Positions 11,637 through 22,141 of a stretch of DNA of 23,136 bases are shown here, one piece after another. Position 1 is the stretch's first letter. Every line of letters starts with the position of its first letter. Origin of the DNA: Bugula neritina. Lineage: Eukaryota; Animalia; Bryozoa. A program made the translations under genes and the position numbers. The notes below the pieces were generated by a model. It searched no databases. It was not told the origin of the DNA and saw only the letters and a list, made by a program, of their open reading frames with translations. Where the stretch lies: positions 1 through 23,136 of the forward strand of contig CAXIUT010000209.1 in assembly GCA_964035545.1 (NCBI GenBank), written 5' to 3'.

Positions 11637-12596
11637 ATGAAAGAAGATTATCAAGATTAGACAGATAGTCTTTAGATAGTTGGTAAAAAATTCTAATCAA
11701 ACAAACCTTAAAGAGTCAGAGATTTAGAGGATTATGTTAAATTTCATTTGGACTATTATTCATAATAACCATTGGAAAAGCAACTTTAAAAAATAGAGTT
11801 ACCATTTAATCCTGAATATTAACAATTTAATGTGAAATAAGAGTTTTAAAGGATATTTGATGAAAATAAAATGAACTATGTTTAAGAATAATAATCTGAG
11901 GGATAATAAGATGTTCTTGGATCAAGTGAATAGCTGTATAGTGGATAGTTTTAATAGAATAAATAGAAAGTATTTGATCATAATGGTTAGTATACGGATG
12001 GATGTTATCTTTACAATAATGATTTTTATCTATGTAAAAATGGACTATTTTATGAAACAAATAGAATATTGGCAAAGGAATTTCATTTTAAGTAATATCA
12101 TGAAATAGAAAAGGAAATGATGAGCGCTAAAGCATCGTTTAAAGATAAAGTAAAAAATTCTAAGAAACCAAAGAAGAGAGTCAAAAATATTAAAGATAAA
12201 GGTGCTAGTTCGACTAATTAAGATAAAAATAAGTTTTTAGAGTATATTAGACAGTACAATGATTTGATCAAATAGCAACAAAGAGAGGAAAATGAGGAGG
12301 TTAAATATTCTAATAAAATGTATAAATAAGAATAGTGGCAAGATGTGTTAGAAGAGTCCTCTCAAAATTAATATTAATTCGTTAGTTAATAAAAAGAGAC
12401 TGAGAAAGACATGAAATCGCTTTAGGCTAATATTTAAACAGACTAACACCTCAAGAAGATAGTTTTTTATGAGGATATGCTAAAGCAGGTCAAATAGAGG
12501 ATATTTAACACTGTGGCAGTAAATGAGTATCAAACAGCTAATATAAAGAATATTTGTTATAATATTAATCGTCAAAAAGAATATAACAATAACTGA
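11637..12596 (+). CDS. Hypothetical acidic/charged protein, ~319 aa (start uncertain)
   Basis: TGA-free frame from 11589 to 12596; first ATG at 11637; E/K-rich. No domain recognised. Confidence 0.7.
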
Positions 12597-12733
12597 AAAG
12601 AAACTAGCATTGATTTGTGTTACTTTTATTATAAACATAACTATTGATTAATGATAAATGTATTATCTATTATCTATTATAATTTTTTTAATAATTAATG
12701 AAAATAGATTTAAAATGTTATTTTTATATGTTA

Positions 12734-12815
12734 TGGGGTTGGGGTTGGGGTTGGGTTGGGGTTGGGGTTGGGGTTGGGGTTGGGGTTGGGGTTGGGGTTG
12801 GGGTTGGGGGTTGGG
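12734..12815 (+). repeat. Internal telomeric tract with one internal TTGGG and one TTGGGGG variant
   Basis: TTGGGG repeats; G3 at 12753-12755 and G5 at 12806-12810; ends TTGGG. Confidence 0.95.
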
Positions 12816-14332
12816 TCAAGAAAATACAAAATTCAGAAAAATCTTTTAGAAAAACTCTAACTAACCTATCAGCTGAGTAACATATCTATCATGATAAAAA
12901 TTATCTTGCTTCTTTTGAATAGTACGAATAATAAGAGAATACTGCTATGGACATAATATACAAGAATGAAGAATCAAATGTTTCGATTTTTAATTAAATA
13001 CCTGATTTTCATATTGACTAGAGACTAGAGAAGGAGATAACTAATTTTAGTATTCTAGATTCGTAACCAATCGATTTGCCTATTAAATAGTCCATTAAAC
13101 AATTAATGAAATTGTCAATTAATGAGCCAAGTAATTTGCCAATGAATAATCTCGTAGAAAAACAATGCAATGAGTCGAAAAATGAGTAGTCATCAAAACA
13201 AGATGTTTTTAAAAATTTTAGGTATAAAGAATAATAGAGAATTAAAAATCAAAAAAATAGAAGTAATTTTATACTTCCTAAGTGTGAAATATTGTCTAAG
13301 AAAATGTCTTATAAGGTAAATATAATGAATGAAGAAATGAAGAGTTAAACTTTTATAATAAGTAAGACAGACTTTGATAAATTAAAATAAAAAGCCGATT
13401 TGAATGACATCGTAATAGATGTCTACATTTCTAGAATTTTTAAAATTTATTTAAAACCAAAAAATAAATAAGTCTATATATTTTCGACATTTCTTATGTA
13501 AAAATTGTTAGGAAAATACCTCAAATAAGAGGAAATAATTCAAATTGAATTCTCTAAGTTGATTTCAGACATGACAGAACAGGTTGTTAACAATTTTAAT
13601 TAGGTCAGAAAATGGTACAAACCTGAAGCTGGTCATTTCAATTAAGATTTCATTGTTATTCCTATCAATGCTTATAAACATTGGTTTTGTGTGCTCATTG
13701 TCAATCCTAAATATCTATTGAAACCTCAAGATGGTCGTACAGCTTCTATGGTATATTGCGATAGTTTGTTCTAAAAAAGATAATACATAGTATAATCTAT
13801 AAGAAAATACATCTAACTTGTCATAAATATAACTCTGAAGAATAAAGATTTCAAAGTAAACTCTTTTAATTTGCCATGTTATCAACTACTATTACCCAGA
13901 CAAACAAATGTTCACGATTGCGGATTGTATATGATGACATTTATTGAGGAGTTGATATGTCGGTAAGGAGCATTGGATAATATATAAACTATTAAAAGTC
14001 GCATGCTCTTGAAGCTATTTCCTAGAAAATTGATCCATCATATGAGGCAGAGGTTAACCAACTTGTTTATTGAATTGATAAATGCTGATACAGATCATTC
14101 AAAGATGCGAAATATTATCAATGATTACAAGAAAACTAAAAAAGTTATCATATAGAATTCAATTGAAGAGGATTATGACTTTATCAATGAGAAGTAGTTT
14201 ATAAACTATAAAAAGATAATGAAATATGACAGTTTTACGAATTTTGTTAATGAAGGAGAAAAAATACTACATTTTAGTATTAAGTTCTATCTTGACCAGT
14301 AGATAAACTACTTTGATAGAAGTCATCAATGA
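12815..14332 (+). CDS. Ulp1/SENP family (peptidase C48) SUMO protease, 5'-truncated at the telomere junction
   Basis: LNDIVIDVY, VYIFSTFL, VRKWY, DFIVIPINAYKHWF (catalytic His), YCDSL (Asp), PRQTNVHDCGLY (oxyanion Gln and Cys). Frame is open and coding-like right from the telomere; first ATG only at 12947. Confidence 0.9.
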
Positions 14333-14334
14333 TT

Positions 14335-14645
14335 TATGTATGTTTATCTTTATTATTTATTCTTTTTTTTATCTTTTTAATTTTTTATCTATTAGCTATT
14401 ATTATTCTTTATTTTATCTTTTTATATATTGTTCTTTCTATATATTGTTCTTATTATTTCATCATCTTATCTTTTTATCTGATCATCATATATCTTTTTA
14501 TTTATGATCTACTATCTTATATCTTATTCTCTTTTATCTATTATTCTTATTATTCTTATTATTATTTATTGCCTATTATCAACTATTCTTATTATTATTT
14601 ATTGCCTTATTATCAATTATTATTATTTATTATCATATTTTATCA
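14335..14645. repeat. Low-complexity T/A-rich tract with ~33-bp tandem duplication (14551-14582 / 14584-14616)
   Basis: TATTCTTATTATTATTTATTGCCT(T)ATTATCAA occurs twice; the copies differ by one T. Confidence 0.7.
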
Positions 14646-14647
14646 TT

Positions 14648-17038
14648 TCATTATGGTATCATTTCATTTTGAGGTTGATCTTTATTCTCTTCGACAAATA
14701 TCTCATTATTGTTATCATCTACTTTTTCTTTTTACTTCTTGTTGAGAAATTGGTTCATTTTTTATCTTTCTTTTACTGTCATTTTGTTCATTCGACTTCT
14801 GATATCATCCCATTGACTACCAACTCGGGCCTAGATAAAACTACTTAGTTATCTTTTTCTCATTTTGATACCTTTTTCTCTAAGGAACTGAAGAAGATCT
14901 ACAATATAGTATGTACCTGCTTATTAAAGTATCATTCTTTATATTTATTTTTATTTTTAACTTACTTTTTATCTGGCAGTATTGGTATTTTATTGATCTC
15001 TTTTTGCTTTAATTTCATCAAGAATTAGACTAAATCCTTCATTTTGTTAGTTTAAAAACTAAATTATCTATGGCTTGACTAATCTTTGATTACCTACTTT
15101 AGATGTTGTTTATCTTAGCAAATTAAATAAATAAGATTTAGGCATTTTATCAGCAATAGTAGCCAATATTTTTACTAATGATTACTTTGTACCATAATAT
15201 CCATGTATTTATTTATAAAGTTCACATTTGATTTGTGATGATGGGTCATTAGATTGCTATGTCTATGACAAACTTAAAGGCAACTATTCTTCACAAAGGC
15301 AAAACATCTAGTATTGAGCTGCTCTTTAGTCAGTTGGACAGCAAAAGTTCCATTATCCACCTTTATCGATATTGATCACAACATCATCTTTTGATTACTA
15401 TGATAGCTATCCTACTTCAAAGTAACTATCAGGAACAATAGCACTGTTTTACTCACTTGCTTATTCTTCAGCTGAAATCTGGTCGACTTCTTCATTGCAG
15501 ATGTCACCACATAGATCTTAGTATTAGGCACTGCTGTCATCGTATTTTGCTGTGTATGCTTATTCATGAGGATAGGAATAGGTGCTGAATCTTTAGTCTA
15601 GAACTAAGTAGTTGGTAAATTATAGTCTGCTTTTGTTGGTGACTATGTTGGAATAGTATGGCTAAAATTTAGAATTTTAGTCTTTCATTTTATTGTGAAT
15701 GATTTCTGCTCTACACTACTAAATAGGTGTATTTTGATCTAATATCAATTGAAGAAAGAGCTATTTATCTGTATTTTAAACTTTATCAGAAACTTATGAT
15801 TTTTAGTCAGATATTCCTTCATTTTTTATTGGAGATTAATTCTATTTTTGTTTAGGTTTGAACCAAGTAAATAGTGATTTGCCAGGATTAGATTTCTTTT
15901 ATTTTTATTATTATTTTCTCTTCTTTTATGCTTATCTTTATAATCTCTCTTTCTATTTTTACTATTTCTATCTTTCTTTTTATCTTTATTTAGCTTATTT
16001 TTATTCTTGTTTTGCTTTTCTTTATCTCTATTTTTAAAGCTATTTTTATCTTAACTTTTACTCTTTTTCTAGTTTTTAGCGTTATTTTTGTTATCTTTTT
16101 TATTTCTACTTTGCTTATTTTTAAAGTCTTTTTGCTTATTTTTATTCCTCTTTAAGTAAACGATCTCTTTCAATGTCTTCTTTAGTTCTTCTTGGTTTAG
16201 TAGTTTTAGGTTTATCTTTTTAATTATTTTCAGTTTTATTTGGATTATTCTCTTAACTATTTCCATTCTTATGAGTTGAGGCGGTATCATCTTTCTTGTT
16301 AGCTTTCTTTTCCTTCAGAGGTGTTTTTTCTTTAACATTTTCTATTTTATCAATTTATTCTCCTTTTTAATCAACCATAACTTCAACAAACCCTTCAGTT
16401 GGTATTTTAAGTGTATTAAAATTGAGTTCTTATCTGATAAATTAAACATAATTTTTATAAGCATCTGATGATTCCAATATAGGTTCTTCTTCTTCATAAT
16501 CTTCTACACTACTTTTATATTTTTTAAATGATTTGATATAGTTTCTGATATTGAGACAAAACTTTCTATGAGCTTTGATTTATTTTAAATTATAATAAGT
16601 ATTCATAGAATCGAGGGTTTTTTTATCTGCTTATCGAACAGACATCTATTTTTTTTTATCGACTGCATAATTGATAACTTTAGTTCTTTATTTTATTACA
16701 TCTTCAATTTTCAATTTCTAGATTTGATCTCCAAATTATTCATTCAGAAGTAACATTGGATCAACTGTTCCTGAACTTCCTTCCAATATTCCAAAAACTA
16801 AAGGCATAAACTATTCTATTTCAGGATTATCTCCTTATTTTGTCTATTTTATAACCACTTAGAACTTATCTTTAAGATGATTAAAAGTTGCTTAATCACT
16901 TGGTCGATAGCGTCTGAGTAAATTTATCTTAGGTTATCCTTTTTCTTTGAGAGTTTAATATTTTAGTCTTACCATTTTGTTGGTATCGAGTAGAGGAGGG
17001 GCTTCTTGCATTGCTTATGTTTAAGCGCGAAAACTCAT
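14648..17038 (-). CDS. CHAF1A: Chromatin assembly factor 1 large subunit (p150/Cac1)-like, ~790 aa
   Basis: Domain order matches CAF-1A: KER helix (~15895-16190), PIP-like KSLFTWFKP, acidic YDDSSA*Y*DLCGD...IVPDSYF (cf. DSDEEWE...FVPxGYL), WHD-like LYK*IHG. Possible 18-nt in-frame intron 14899-14916. 3' end uncertain. Confidence 0.72.
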
Positions 17039-17176
17039 ATCTAAAAATATAATATTAGAGGGAAAATAAATACAAATGAATTTATAAAAAAAGAGATGAT
17101 CATCAACTTATTTGAATTAAATTCGAATAATAGACAAATATCAACATTTTTAACAAAATCTTATATTATTTTTATT

Positions 17177-18200
17177 ATGGAGTTCGGAAGACAATAATAC
17201 CAACATAGATTCTTCAAAAACAGTAATCATAAAAAACCTGCTCTCTATACTCCAATATCAAATATGGTTTTGCCCAATATATCAGATCATACCTATATTT
17301 CACCTGAACCTTATCGAAAAGAGGTTAGTAATCCATATTTGATGAAAACTAGAAGTGGGTACTACAAACCTGATAACATTGGAGAAAGTCGATTTGGATC
17401 GTCATATATAGATTAAAATTCTGAAGAGTATAAAAATAATGCTGCTATGTTGGAATATTTTAGGAAATAGGCAGAGGAATATAAACGTGGAAAAAGGTTT
17501 TCTCATCTTAGAAAGAAATCTTCGAGTTAGTATCAACCTCAATATCGGACTATTAAAACAGAAGCAGATATAATTTAACCTCAAAGAGATCATATTGGCA
17601 ATCCTTAAATATATGTTCCTGTTAATGATGTAGGAATTATGGCTAGAATGGAAAGTTATCAAAATTAAAGAGCATTAATGATGAGTCGTCTGGAACGGGA
17701 AAAGGCTTAATCGAAATATCGAGTTAAAGAGTATAAGAAGAAATATAGTAGATTGAAGCAAAAGTTGAGAGATGATTTGATGGAAAGAAAAAGAGATTAG
17801 ATGCTTTTATAGCTGGCTAAGTAGAAGGAAGCCGTCTAAAGAGAAAAAAATGAGTTTCAAAGAATTAAGGAGATGATGAACAATATCACTGAAAATCTAG
17901 AAAAAAATTCAAGATTGTTGAATTAGAGCATGAAGATTCAAAATGATTTAAGTCTGAAGAATAGTGAAATAAAATAGATAAGAAAAAGTTCTCTAAAAAC
18001 AGAAAGTAGAATTACTCCTTCTTTATAATCATAAAAAACTGATAGATACTACTTCCTATATTGAGGAAGATGTTGAATAAAGACCCAGTCCTAAGATTAA
18101 GTATGCAAATAAAAGTTTAAATCATCAGTATAAGTAGATGGAAGGTCTTAAGAAATAAATATAGAATGTTAAATTCAGGTTAAAGAAGTTCAGTCGTTGA
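17177..18200 (+). CDS. Hypothetical coiled-coil protein with an apparent +1 frame change near 18040-18064
   Basis: Frame open from ATG 17177 to TGA 18062-18064; the +1 frame continues coding-like (IEEDVE*RPSPKIKY...KFSR) to TGA 18200. Intron or indel unresolved. Confidence 0.65.
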
Positions 18201-18237
18201 GCTTGATATTCATCTATCTATTTACTTGAATAAATGA

Positions 18238-19136
18238 TCATCGAATGGGTTTTTGCAGGTACTCGAAACCGTTTTCGGTCTTAGATTAATCTGAGTCAAA
18301 GCAGGGATTTGATTTAAGAATCAATTTTAAGGGCTTTTGATTGTTCATTACTAAGTTTGTAGGCTAACCTTTACCCCATTAATCGAATAAATGCTTTGAT
18401 TCATGAGGAAGTCTTCTCCACATGTTTCTGATTTTATCTCTACTCATTCCTTCTCGAGATTTTATCTTTCTAAAGAGACTTATGCCTGCTTCTCTTGTAA
18501 ATTTACGCATTTTTGGTGGTCTAGTTATCTTTCTAGATTTCATAGTTTTTTGTCTTTTTCTCCATAAAAGTTTGATGATGCTTGATATCTTAACAGCACT
18601 CCATTTTTGGTGTTCTTTAGCCAAATATCTGTAATGGTGCTTGTAGAAGGAGATATATTGAGAGTTTGGAGATTTTTTGATTGTTTCTACTCTTTAGTTG
18701 TAGATCACAGCCATTGGTTCTGAAGATCTTTCTGAGTGAAAATCTCCAGACATTTTCTCTGAATATCGATTGAATTCTGACTCCTAATCTTCAAATTTCT
18801 TGCCTTGAGAGTGAGAGTTGTAGTTGGAGACGGAAGGTTTGCTTTTTTCAGTGGTCATGAGATATACCAACTGATCAGCTTTCATTGGAGTCTTGTAGAC
18901 AGAGCTGCAATTGGAGTTGGATTTCTCTTCTTCTTCTTTGATGTATTTTTTCTTGACATAGAGTGAGCCAAGGTTTTGTTTATCTTGAACTTCCATGCGT
19001 TCCCATTCTCTAATGATTTTGACCACGATGTCTGACTCTCTCATTCTTGGAAACTGTGCCGGTATTTGATGTAGCGTTGACGTGAGAATTAACGATAGAT
19101 TCTACCTAGATTTTCAGGAATAGATTGCCGCCTCAT
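18238..19136 (-). CDS. Multi-HMG-box-like DNA-binding protein, with an apparent 1-nt deletion at ~19059
   Basis: Three HMG-like units: IYR*FSRQRYIKYR/AQFPRMRESDIVVKIIREWERM, YISFYKHHYRYLAKEHQKWSAVKISSIIKLLW, LFRKIK...IRNMWRRLPHESK. One extra G in CGG[G]CA restores the frame. Confidence 0.65.
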
Positions 19137-19439
19137 CTGGTTTGAATTTTGGGGGGAAATTATAGAATAATAAACCTCATTTATAACTTTTATAAATATT
19201 GCCAAAATTAGCTATTTGAATATGACTCATAAAAATACAATTAGATGATTAGCCAAAATCACTCTACTTGTCCATAAGTATCAATTTTCATGAAAGAAGA
19301 TATTTAATAAATGCCCAATATATTTTTCTCGATGAAGAAATATCAAATTTAAAATGAGTTATTATGATTTATTAAACAATAGTGTAATTTTAGAAAAAGA
19401 AGTATTAATATTACTATCATACTTAATTAAAGATTAAAG

Positions 19440-19658
19440 ATGGAGAGTTCAAATGACAAACTTATTAGTGCTATATAAAGTTTGCCTTGTAAATTGTGTA
19501 TATGTTGGAAATCGAAGGTGTTACGTAAGCATACATCAGCTAGCCATTTCATCAACAATCTTAAAGGATCCATATATGAAATAAATCAAGATTATTTTCT
19601 TTGTTTTATGGAAGATCTTAAATAGAAAAAACTTTATTAACATCTTATCGAAAAATGA
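19440..19658 (+). CDS. Possible small protein, 72 aa
   Basis: ATG...TGA frame with higher GC than its flanks (MESSNDKLISAI*SLPCKLCICWK...). No family recognised. Confidence 0.4.
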
Positions 19659-19861
19659 TTGCCTTCGATTCATCAGTTATTTATTTTTTATTCAATACTT
19701 GATTTTATAATTAGAAAAAGTATTTATTCTGGTGTCTTAATAATATGATTTTATCTGATATTTTAAAAAAGTAGGTTATTAATAATTTGATTTCAATTAT
19801 GATAGTTTTCCACAAAATATTAGATAAATAAGATTAGAAGATTATTAATTATAGATAATAA

Positions 19862-20790
19862 ATGCAAAGAACTTTTACTCCATACTCATCCAATATATCA
19901 TCTCGAGGGTATTGCAATATTTGTTATAACTCTTTTGATTTCTAGGAATTCAAACCTCTACTTATCTGTCATAATGATCATTCTATCTGTAAAAAGTGTC
20001 TTCTTATCATCAAACATAATAATCGCTGTCCTTTCTGTAGAGCATAAATTAAACTGAATAGAATTAGACTCAATAAAGCTGCTTATGATTTAATGGTCGC
20101 TAGATCAGCTAAAGGATCAGAATTAAATTATCAATCAAGAAATATCAGTCGACAGTCAAGTCTTAGACAATCTAGAAATATAGTTAATGCTGAAAGATTT
20201 ATAACTGATCATACTGGACAGTAAAATTTAGAATAATATCATACATAATATCTAAATTAATCCTAGTTTTTGAGTTCTTATCAGAGTGAACCAGATACTT
20301 AGTCCGTTGTTAGTCAAATAGACGCTGACTTTTCATTTTGGATGATTCTGTCTTATATAAATTTGGTTATGCTACAATTTCCTTTAGGAATACTAAATCT
20401 AACTATGGGAATAAGTCATGATCATAGTGATTCAAGTGTTACTCTGGTGATGCCTGATTCGGATATGAATTTACGTGCGTATTGGACAACAACTGGATTT
20501 TACTAGGTTTTGCTTGGCGTTTTATCTTTGTATTTTGTTCTTGCTCAGCATATAGGTGTGATCAATCGATCAGGTCGTTTTACTTTTCAATTTTATTGAT
20601 CAGTATCAGTATGATGAACAATATAGTAAATTTGATAATATATTCTAAGATGTTGATGAATGAGGCTATTTTTGAGTTCAGTTCGACTGTGTTGAAATGC
20701 TTGGTGATAAATATAGTTTTGAATGGTGTATCTACTTTGATGGGTTTGTTGTTGATCATTCAATTTATCTAGTATCTTGTTTAGCGTTGA
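19862..20790 (+). CDS. N-terminal RING finger protein with C-terminal TM segments; apparent 1-nt deletion at ~20520
   Basis: CNIC...KPLLICHNDHSICKKC...CPFCR (C3HC4 type). Hydrophobic helices downstream; adding one T to the T-run at 20520-20523 joins LLGV to FIFVFC and runs to TGA 20790. Confidence 0.75.
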
Positions 20791-20930
20791 TTTTTATTAC
20801 TTTTATTGTGGTTCTATTAAGAAATTATATGATACTATTTTACTATTTTTACTATTAACTATAACAATCTATTTGAAATAGCTATATCAAATACTTTCTT
20901 GAATAAAATTGATGTAATAATTGAATATAA

Positions 20931-21149
20931 TCATTGTTTAGCACTTAGTAGATATTTATAGATTTTCATGCATTACTAGTAATTTTTATTGATCTCTTCG
21001 CAGGTTTAATAAGATTTTTTTCTTGTGTTCTAGCATTCTATTATCTAGCGGTGTATGTCTCGACATCCGGTCTTTAATATTTTTGTTTTTATGTCGTAGT
21101 TGTATTACTTGCCAGCACGATACCATGGTTCAGGGTTTATTTCACTCAT
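20931..21149 (-). CDS. Twin CX9C mitochondrial intermembrane-space protein, COA4/CMC-like, 72 aa
   Basis: KILKTGC-RDIHR*IIE-C ... C-EEINKNY**-CM: two exact CX9C motifs; the KTGC context resembles COA4. Confidence 0.75.
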
Positions 21150-21293
21150 TATTTTTAGATATTTATTATATTTTAGTTCTAAGATAAAAGTTTTTTTGAC
21201 ATTTTTTACTAAAATTTGATCATTAATGAAGATCTTTAAATATTTTATTATGAGTGGTTTTATATTGATGATTTGGTATTTGTATTTATTATA

Positions 21294-21388
21294 TTGGGGT
21301 TGGGGTTGGGGTTGGGGTTGGGGTTGGGGTTGGGGTTGGGGTTGGGGTTGGGGTTGGGGTTGGGGTTGGGGTTGGGGTTGGGGTTGGG
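21294..21388 (+). repeat. Internal telomeric tract (TTGGGG)15 TTGGG
   Basis: Perfect repeats after AT-rich subtelomere-like DNA. Confidence 0.95.
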
Positions 21389-22040
21389 TGTATAGCACTT
21401 GCTCGTAAAAAAATCCGTTCAAAGAAAGGTATTTCTGAGCTTCAGAACATACTTGTTGACTACCATGAAGATATCTAATTGGCTAATATTATTCTTTAAG
21501 TCATCAAACTTATCGCTTTATATGAAAATACGAAAAGAGATGAAGTAGAGGAACCCAAATAAACTGTTCCTATTGAATAATATGCTTCTCTAGAAATCCT
21601 TCTTCAAAAGTATTAAGGTTCTTCAAGAGAAGCCATTCGCGTATTTCTCTATTAAATAGTAGAATCAACAGCAACTCAAAATATACTGTTAGGATATCGA
21701 AGAAAAGAACAAATAACTTGAAAAAAGTAATGATGAATTGCTTAAAAGTACCAAGCAGATCATTCTTGCTTTGAAGAGATAGAACCAAAAATTGATGGAA
21801 AAGAATGCAACTTTGCTAAAAATGAAGGAATAAGATGCTAATGGAAGAGAAATGAGTGAAAGATAGCGTGAACAGGCATTTTTGAAGAGTGTGAAAAAGG
21901 CAAGAAAAATGATGGATAGTCAACAGAGCAGTATAACTCAGAGAGAAGGTCAAGAGGGATATTAAAGTGGTAGAAATAGAACTGATTCTAAGGTGAAGTT
22001 AAGGAGAAGTTCATTGAGTTCGATAAGAACAAATAAATGA
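21389..22040 (+). CDS. 5'-truncated coiled-coil protein
   Basis: Coding-like frame from the first base after the telomere (CIALARKKIRSKKG...LLQKY*G...QQQLKIYC*DIEEK) with no ATG in exon 1. Intron 21641-21659 (19 nt, or 22 nt to 21662). TGA at 22038-22040. Confidence 0.75.
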
Positions 22041-22141
22041 TATATTATTTTACCATTTACTCATGAAATGAAGTACTGATAAGTTAAACTAAAAATATTT
22101 AAAGATGGATAATATCGGATAATTTTATATTTATTGATGGA

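Noticed and set aside
12751-12810. Variant telomere units as evidence of a mixed-repeat telomerase
   Set aside because: Only G-run length changes, in one tract next to the error-prone segment. No TTTGGG units of the Paramecium type.
12658-12880. ORFs with WG/GV repeats, one (ATG 12698) in frame with the Ulp1 gene across the telomere
   Set aside because: These are translations of TTGGGG, which contains no stop in any frame. The in-frame link depends on G3/G5 variants that look like homopolymer errors, and junction 3 shows no equivalent.
14313-14848. Hydrophobic I/Y/F/L-rich plus-strand ORFs in the supplied track
   Set aside because: Antisense shadows of A-rich minus-strand sequence. The same applies to track ORFs at 4526-5455, 11827-12075, 17402-17662, 18422-18634 and 21570-21788.
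21105-21422. ORF with a PQ repeat (and the WG ORF on the opposite strand)
   Set aside because: Telomere translation. Only the last residues (MSEINPEPW...) belong to the real CX9C gene.
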